DNA of 63,748 nucleotides from Phoronis australis (Eukaryota > Animalia > Phoronida), in the NCBI GenBank assembly GCA_002633005.1, contig NMRA01000428.1:21335-85082 (forward strand). The letters run 5' to 3'. The translations under genes and the position numbers were made by a program. A model generated the notes under the pieces. The model had not been told where the DNA came from. It saw nothing but the letters and a program-made list of their open reading frames with translations, and searched no databases. Positions 52,401 to 60,503 of the stretch are shown piece by piece; the stretch's first letter is position 1; every line of letters begins with the position of its first letter.

Positions 52401-55400
52401 TAAATTTTACCTTTTGGTATAGCCCCAGTTGTTCCCAGTCGTCAAAATTCTTGTTCCACAACTGTCTGGCAGTTGGTGCCGAGCTGACATAAGTCCCACT
52501 AGAGTCTTCATGATGACATCACTGATATTGTCATTTGTGCGAGAAGCCCTGAATAGCCATATGATGACACTCTTGCCAGCTATATTAATTTACAGCCCGT
52601 CTTGTTGGTTGGGTTAACTGAGCCTGTCCTCAGCATTTAAGGGTATTATTAACTAAAAGGTGTTTGATACAGGTGTGTTAATTCGATAGTATAAACTGAT
52701 CACTTCTGTTCTGATGAGGTATAATACTCACGAGCAGTGGTTCTAATCTGTGCACAACCAATCATTTTATTCCAGGTTACCAACATGGAAACAGAACTAA
52801 AGTCTGGTTCGCTAAGTTGTGGGCACGTGACTTTGAGGTAGCGAAATACGAGTGGGCCAGGCTGATCAGCGACCCAACAAGATCAGAGGTCACCTACTCT
52901 ATCCATGTCTATCGTGACCTTGAAGACCCCAAAGGTGAAAGTTGGAAAATGACCCTCTTTGAGAATGGTGAAGAATCGGTAACACTGACTGGTAAGCATT
53001 TTATGAAGTGGTTACATGGGGGAAATGAGCAAGTTAGTCTTACAAACCTCCAGGTTTCTCAGTGTCCAATATAATGATATCGGGGTTTGTTTAAACTCGA
53101 TCGCTTGTAGCGGAAGTACAAATTATCCGAGACTTTACCCATAGCGTGCTACAGTAAAGTTGTCTACTATTGACTATATCTTAATCATTCGACCCTACCA
53201 TATTCAATATTTACCAACATTTTAGGGGTAAAAGTGTTCATCGTTGTCTTTTGTGATGATGGTAAAATCGAGTGGAGCATAATGTTTCAAGCCTGCAGCT
53301 AAGGTGCTTCAAATGTTAGTATGCGTAACTAACTAAATGCCTTCTAGTTAGTAATTTTTCTCGTTTTTACCATATAGGGGTGTTACAATCATTCAGATAT
53401 TAATTCAGTGCACTACTGCTCAGTTAGGCACACAAGTCAGACCTCCTCATTGTGTTGTGGTTGTCCATTAAATGAGCGTGAAGCAAACTCAGGGACTTGA
53501 GAGAGTATGTGCTGGACACACTATCATCACTGGTATCAAAGACTGCTATATCCTGCAGAGGTATCGGACTGTTAGCTCCATGGGAACATTGTGGCAGTCT
53601 GGTGACTTGTGTAACTGGTACAGTATTGAAGATTTTATTTGTTATTCCAGGTGTCCGTCCTCCAAAGAGAGCCCATCCAGTTGTCCATACATGGATGAAA
53701 GACAAGTTCATGCCTCAAAAGGACAACCCCTTCTCCATTTTCGAAGCATCTACGCTTGTGAGTGACATGTCTGTGCCCTTACTTAAAACTCGTCCTTGTC
53801 ATTATGGAAAGCCATTCTACGACTTTGAAAGTCACATCGGCAAGATTTACTTGGGTGTCAGTGACAGCAACCAGATGAATGCCACAGCTAATGTTGTCAA
53901 CTTCACTCTTGTTAACGAGACGTGTCTGGGCTGTTACAGTGAGTGTGACTTTAACTGTAACCCCAACTGTACGGACACTAACAAGACGGATATTACACCA
54001 ATCACATTCAGGTTAACGGGTCTGAATCTGTCTCCGGGTGCAGTTGCTAAGATGTCGGACAACAATGAAGTTTACCAACCCGCTGTCTATTTTGTGATTG
54101 TGAAAGTTGAAAGCCGGTCTGGTCTACATTCTAACGCCACCACTAACGGCATCACAGTTGATGTAACGCCACCTGTCATACAGAACATGTCGTGCTTAGA
54201 TCCTGGATTTTCAATGGACAGGCCAACTTCCTTTTCAGGTAATCCGTGTTAATGTGAACTCAGAGTGTAATTTATTATATTGCAGATTACGTATTAGATC
54301 ATATGAGCAGTTTAAATGGTGAAACTGGCGAACACGTTACATGAAACTTTGAAACCAATTGAAAAGAATTTTATTTACCACTGGGTAATTTTCCATCTAT
54401 AGGTTGAAGTTCATTTTTGTGCATGCAAACACACACAAACACAGGCACACCACACACACACACACACACACAGGCACACACACACACACACACAGGCACA
54501 CATACACACAAGTTATATGCACTAACTGCAAAGCGATGCCAAAGCTATACAGTGAAACAACACATGAGGATGAGACACAAGGTCATATATATTACGATCA
54601 CAAACTAAACCACAGATATCGATAAATACAATAGCCACGTGGAGCTGTAAAGATGGGTGACAATCTGCCGGACAGTCCTACAGGTATTGAGAAGTACAAA
54701 AGACGCGTGAAGGTGAGCGCTTTTCCAGACTATTTAGAGAACAGATTGATGGACTTCAATGAAACTTGACTTAGAAGTATGTGATATCAATGTGCAAAAG
54801 ACATTTAATTTTTGGGCAGTTTTAACTATTGCAGCACTTCCTAATGGTCATTTCATTCTGGTCAAGGGGATTTTCAAGACGTATTGTTTGTGGAGAACCG
54901 ACTGATGAATATCAATGAAACTTAACACAGAGATATATGATGACAATGCGTGGCACTATTTGATGTTCAGGTGGACCTGACCGCTGCGCTGCATTTTCGG
55001 TTGACGTGTGAACAGCCGATTGATTGTTTTCAATAAATTCACACAAAGGTATATGAGGTCAGTGCGCCAGTGCCATTGTATTTTTAGGCGAATTTGGCCA
55101 TTGAAGCACTTTTTGTGGCCATTTTGTTCTCAGCTAGGAGCTGTTCGATTGTTGATTGACAGAAGGGTGTTTCTCTATGGTATCAGGAGAACCGACAAAG
55201 GATATTGATGAAACTTGATGCGGCAGTATATGATTTCAATGCGTTGCCTCCATTTCGTCTTTGGATGTATTTGACCACTAGCGTTTCTGGATGATATCTA
55301 GAGATCGGATGGACAGATGTTTTAATTAAACTTGACTCAAGGATATGTGATGTCATTGTGCAAGCACCATTAACTTTTCGGTAGAATCGAGCATGCAGCA

Positions 55401-58400
55401 CCTCCTAGTAGCCATTTTTTTGACAAGGGGATTTTCAAGTGACGTTGTTTTGGGTAGACTGTTTCCTGGTGATTTCTAAAGATCCCATTGACGGATTTCA
55501 CTGAAACATACATGTAAGCCAGATGTAGTTAATGGCAATCCAGTGGCACCATATGATTTTCAGGCAGATTTGATCACTGCAGTGCCACGTACATATAGTG
55601 GCCATCATTGGCAAGAAAGGTTTTTGGATGATGTATAATGAAACTTGGCACACTGTTATGACATGCTATCTGTAAAGAGCAGACGCACAGTCTTCTCATG
55701 TATGAGGATTTGCAATTGTTGCCAGGGAAACTGTAAACTGAAGCATTTTTACAAAAAACTATGCCTTATGATGAGGAATAACTTACAGAAAACTACTTGC
55801 AAAACTCAACTGGAGTAAACTCTGAAAATAATTGGAAAAATGATGCAGAATTGACCTGTCACAATGGCGAAGTGAAAGGAATATTTCCTGTCCTGATTGC
55901 TGAGTGTAAGTGGAATTTCTGAGAAGCCGCAATTAACTGACATGACGGTCGAGAAGACAGTGTGTATTGTAAGTGGGGTGCTGCTAAAATAATACAAAAT
56001 ATGACTATTCAGAAAAGCAAAAACCCTACTTAAGTCAGACTCGATCGTGCAGATTTTACTATAATTATGTTTTATTTTGTAGGTACCCCTCACACTATGG
56101 GTGCTATGTGGAACGTGATTGAAATGGAGAGCTTGATGGCTGACTACGAACTTGGCCTGTTCTCATCTGACACCCTCGTAAACAGCATCGTCAACTACAC
56201 CAGCATGGGGATGAAAGATAAAGGCGTTTTGAAGTTCAGTAATCTGTCCGACGGAGACTATTACGTTGCGCTGCGTGCGACCAATGCTGCGGGTCTAAGC
56301 AGTGTTAAGTCGTGTTTGCTTACAGTAAGTTGGAATTTCTGCTAAGGGTCGGGGTGTAATTGGAAGTGTATACACAGTCTGGAACATCTACGTTTTGACT
56401 GAGATAAATTTGCATCAACTTTGTTCAGTTCATGTAGTAATTCCAGTGTAATGTACGGTTATTGTTATGTACGGTTAATCGGGTATTATATTGTTATGTA
56501 CNCTGATAAATATCAATGAAACTTAACACAGAGATATATGATGACAATGCGTGGCACTATTTGATGTTCAGGTGGACCTGACTGCTGCGCTGCATTTTCG
56601 GATGACGTGTGAACAGCCGATTGATTGTTTTCAATAAATTCACACAAAGGTATATGAGCTAGGTCAGTGCGCCCGAGTGGCATTGTATTTTTAGGCGAAT
56701 TTGGCCACTGAAATACTTTTTGTGGCCATTTTGTTCTCAGCTAGGGGCTGTTCGATTGTTGATTGACGGAAGGGTGTTTCTCTATGATATTAGGAAAACC
56801 GACAAAGGATATTGATGAAACTTGATGCAGCGGTATATGATTTCAATGCATTGCCTCCATTTCATCTTTGGATGTATTTGACCACTAGCATTTCTGGATG
56901 ATATCTAGAGATCGGATGGACAGATGTTTTAATTAAACTTGACTCAAGGATATGTGATGTCATTGTGCAAGCACCATTAACTTCGGTAGAATCGAGCATG
57001 CAGCACCTCCTAGTAGCCATTTTGTTTTTGACAAGGGGATTTTTAAGTGACGTTGTTTTGGGTAGACTGTTTCCTGATGATTTCTAAAGATCCCATTGAC
57101 GGATTTCAATGAAACATAAGCCAGATGTAGTTAATGACAATCCAGTGGCACCGTTTGATTTTCAGACAGATTTAATCACTGCAGTGCCACGTACATATAG
57201 TGGCCATCATTGGCAAGAAAGGTTTTTGGATGATATATAATGAAACTTGGCACACTGTTATGACATGCTATCTGTAAAGAGCAGACGCACAGTCTTCTCA
57301 TGTATGAGGATTTGCAATTGTTGCCAGGGAAACTATAAACTGAAGCATTTCTACAAAAAACTATGCCTTATGATGAGGAATAACTTACCGAAAACCACTT
57401 GCAAAACTCACCTGGAGTAAACTCTGAAAATAATTGGAAAAATGATGCAGAATTGACCTGTCACAATGGCGGAGTGAAAGGAATATTTCCTGTCCTGATT
57501 GCTGAGTGTAAGTGGAATTTCCCATCTGAGAAGCTGCAGTAAGTGACATGACGGTCGAGAAGACATTGTGTATTGTAAGTGGGCTGCTGCTAAAATAATA
57601 CAAAATATGACTCGTCAGAAAAGCAAAAACCCTACTTAAGTCTGACTCGGTCGTGTAAATTTATTTTGTAGGTACCCCTCACACTATGGGTGCTATGTGG
57701 AACGTGATTGAAATGGAGAGCTTGATGGCTGACTACGAACTTGGCCTGTTCTCATCTGACACCCTCGTAAACAGCATCGTCAACTACACCAGCATGGGGA
57801 TGAAAGATAAAGGCGTTTTGAAGTTCAGTAATCTGTCCGACGGAGACTATTACGTTGCGCTGCGTGCGACAAATGCTGCGGGTCTAAGCAGTGTTAAGTC
57901 GTGTTTGCTTACAGTAAGTTGGAATTTCTGCTAAGGGTCGGGGTGTAATTGGAAGTGTATACACAGTCTGGAACATCCACGTTTTGACTGAGATAAATTT
58001 GCATCAACTTTGTTCAGTTCATGTAGTAATTCCAGTGTAATGTACGGTTATTGTTATGTACGGTTAATCGGGTATTATATTGTTATGTACGGTATTATAT
58101 AATGTTATGTATGGTATTGTATTGTATTCAATTACACAATGCGAAGAGAATTGAACTTGGGATGTGGTTATTGACAACATTGATGGTTTCAATTTGTAAT
58201 GCTAGAGTCTTATTTTTAGCTCAGCACGACTGCCCCGGATGTGTCAGGGGTGGTGGTAGAAATGCCAGGTACTAAAAAAGACCCCAATCTTGGGGAAGGA
58301 GTTCTTTTCCAAGAATCACAGGATGAGATACGGGTGAATTGGGGTGATGTGCCGAAGACTACCAAGTGGGTCGGTGAGTGGTAGAGATTTGATTTGCAAT

Positions 58401-60455
58401 CTTCTGCTGTGTTAGTTATATTTGTGGACAAACTATGAGAATGGCACATATTGTTATGATTGGTGATGATGTGTTCAGCAGTTAACTTTGGACATGCCGT
58501 CACCGGACTACGAATATGCGGCGTTGCTTTTGTACACTTGTTCTGTTTCTATGATCATAGTTGAGGGTTCAGAAAAATATTGAATTGTTTCTTGGGTTGA
58601 AAATGTAGTTTCAAAATTACTGTACATATCGAAATTCAACAAGTTTTTTTGCTCCAAAATGGCCACTTCTTAACTTGCTTTAATTCTGCCCTAACTGCTA
58701 CAGTTTTTCCTCAGGGAACTTAATTAGTGAAAATCATGACAACTTATTAGAGTTTGCATTACAAAATGAACATAACAGTAATGTTGCTAAATGTAAAAAC
58801 GTATTGAATTCCAGCTGAAGTTTGACAAAAGTGCTATTTTATTGACTCGAATGTTCCACTAAAATACTTCTAATCATGGGGAGAAATATTTCCAAATTTG
58901 GCTGGGTCTAACAGAGTTTTGTCCAGTCTGACATAATTTTGTCCAAATCTGACGTATTTTTGTCCAAGTCAAATAGAAAATTGTCCAAGTTTGTCTAGTT
59001 TCTTATACTACTCTATGTATCACAACACTGTTCCGCAGTTAATTGATAGCCACTGTCTGTCGTTTCACACTCATAGTCAGTGAGTTGTCAATAGTTTGGT
59101 CTCACACTCATAGTCAGTGAGTTGTCAATAGTTTGGTCTCACACTCATAGTCAGTGAGTTGTCAATAGTTTGGTCTCACACTCATAGTCAGTGAGTTGTC
59201 AATAGTTTGGTCTCACACTCATAGTCAGTGAGTTGTCAATAGTTTGGTCACTTTCTTTTGTAATTAAACATAGGACGGTGTGTTTTTGGTTTTATTTAAT
59301 TCTCTGTGTATGTATACCCCTTTGTTTTGTAAAAGATCGGTACCACCAAATTTGCTATACAATTTTTAAGTCTGTATGGGTGACTACATCGGCGTACTAT
59401 AATTCAAAGTTTTGTGCAATCGCAGCAGTTGTACATACTCAACAAATCTTTTTTCCAGATATGCAGGTTGACATGTCTGACTCGTCCAATCGTCCGTTCC
59501 TGCCAAAAGCCAAGGTTGGAGTCCAGACAAGCCGGAAAGCAATACTAAAAAATGGGAAAATATGTTCGGATGGTATGCAAAGTTATAATTTTAATTCTTG
59601 TTCTTTGTTTGGACTGTCCTGTAGTCTGATATGATGTGGTTACAAGTCCATGCTGTGTTTGCCATGAAATCATAATAAGCCAGCTGCGTTAAGTTGCAGT
59701 CAGTCTGAGTCAGGTTTTATTTTCATGGTACAGTACAGTGAGGTAATGTTATGTCAAAAAGGCAGTGCGCGGCTCTCTTCGGAAGGGAAATGTCTCGAGA
59801 CAACCAGGGTCTGTTTTGTCAAAAGTCGTACTTTCAGTCGTAGCCGAGACGTTTCTATGCATGTTGTTCCTATGCATGTTGTTTCTATGCATGTTGTTTC
59901 TATGCATGTTGTTTCTATGCATGTTGTTTCTATGCATGTTGTTTCTATGCATGTTGTTTCTATACATGTTGTTCCTATGCATGTTGTTTCAAACACCTTT
60001 CTGCATTTCTTGTCATGTAAGCGTGCAAAACATTACAAAGGTGACAATGAGATGATGGTTTTTCATATTTCGACTTATTGACTGCCTTCATGAACCCATT
60101 AAAGTGGAGGTTATGACGTACTGTGTTAGCTAGGAGCCTGATATGCACCTCTCTTGGATGCCTGTCAGGATACCAGCCTCACTGCCAAATCACTAGAAGT
60201 ATGCTAATTTATTTTCCAACCAACAACTGCATGGTTGCTGAAGGAACTGCTGTGGACCTCCACTGACTTTTGTTGACAGACTCGGTTCTCAGCCTTAGTA
60301 CCATATATTGCCATAGAAAGAGAAGTCTGAATACCACACCTGTTGTTTATGTTTAAAATTTGTTGTGTTACTTAAAAAATGATATGGACAACATAAATTT
60401 GTTTTTATGGCAGCTGTGGATGATAATAATAATAATAATGTATGATTGGTATCCT

Positions 60456-60503
<48 letters not shown>

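Noticed and set aside
53497-53650. N-terminal extension of ORF 53497-54252
   Set aside because: A strong phase-1 acceptor at 53650 matches exon 41, so the upstream open stretch is most likely intron
59725-60081. ORFs with MHVVS / MHRNN / CIETT repeats, and the 62392-62626 ORFs
   Set aside because: They are translations of 15-bp and 21-bp minisatellites
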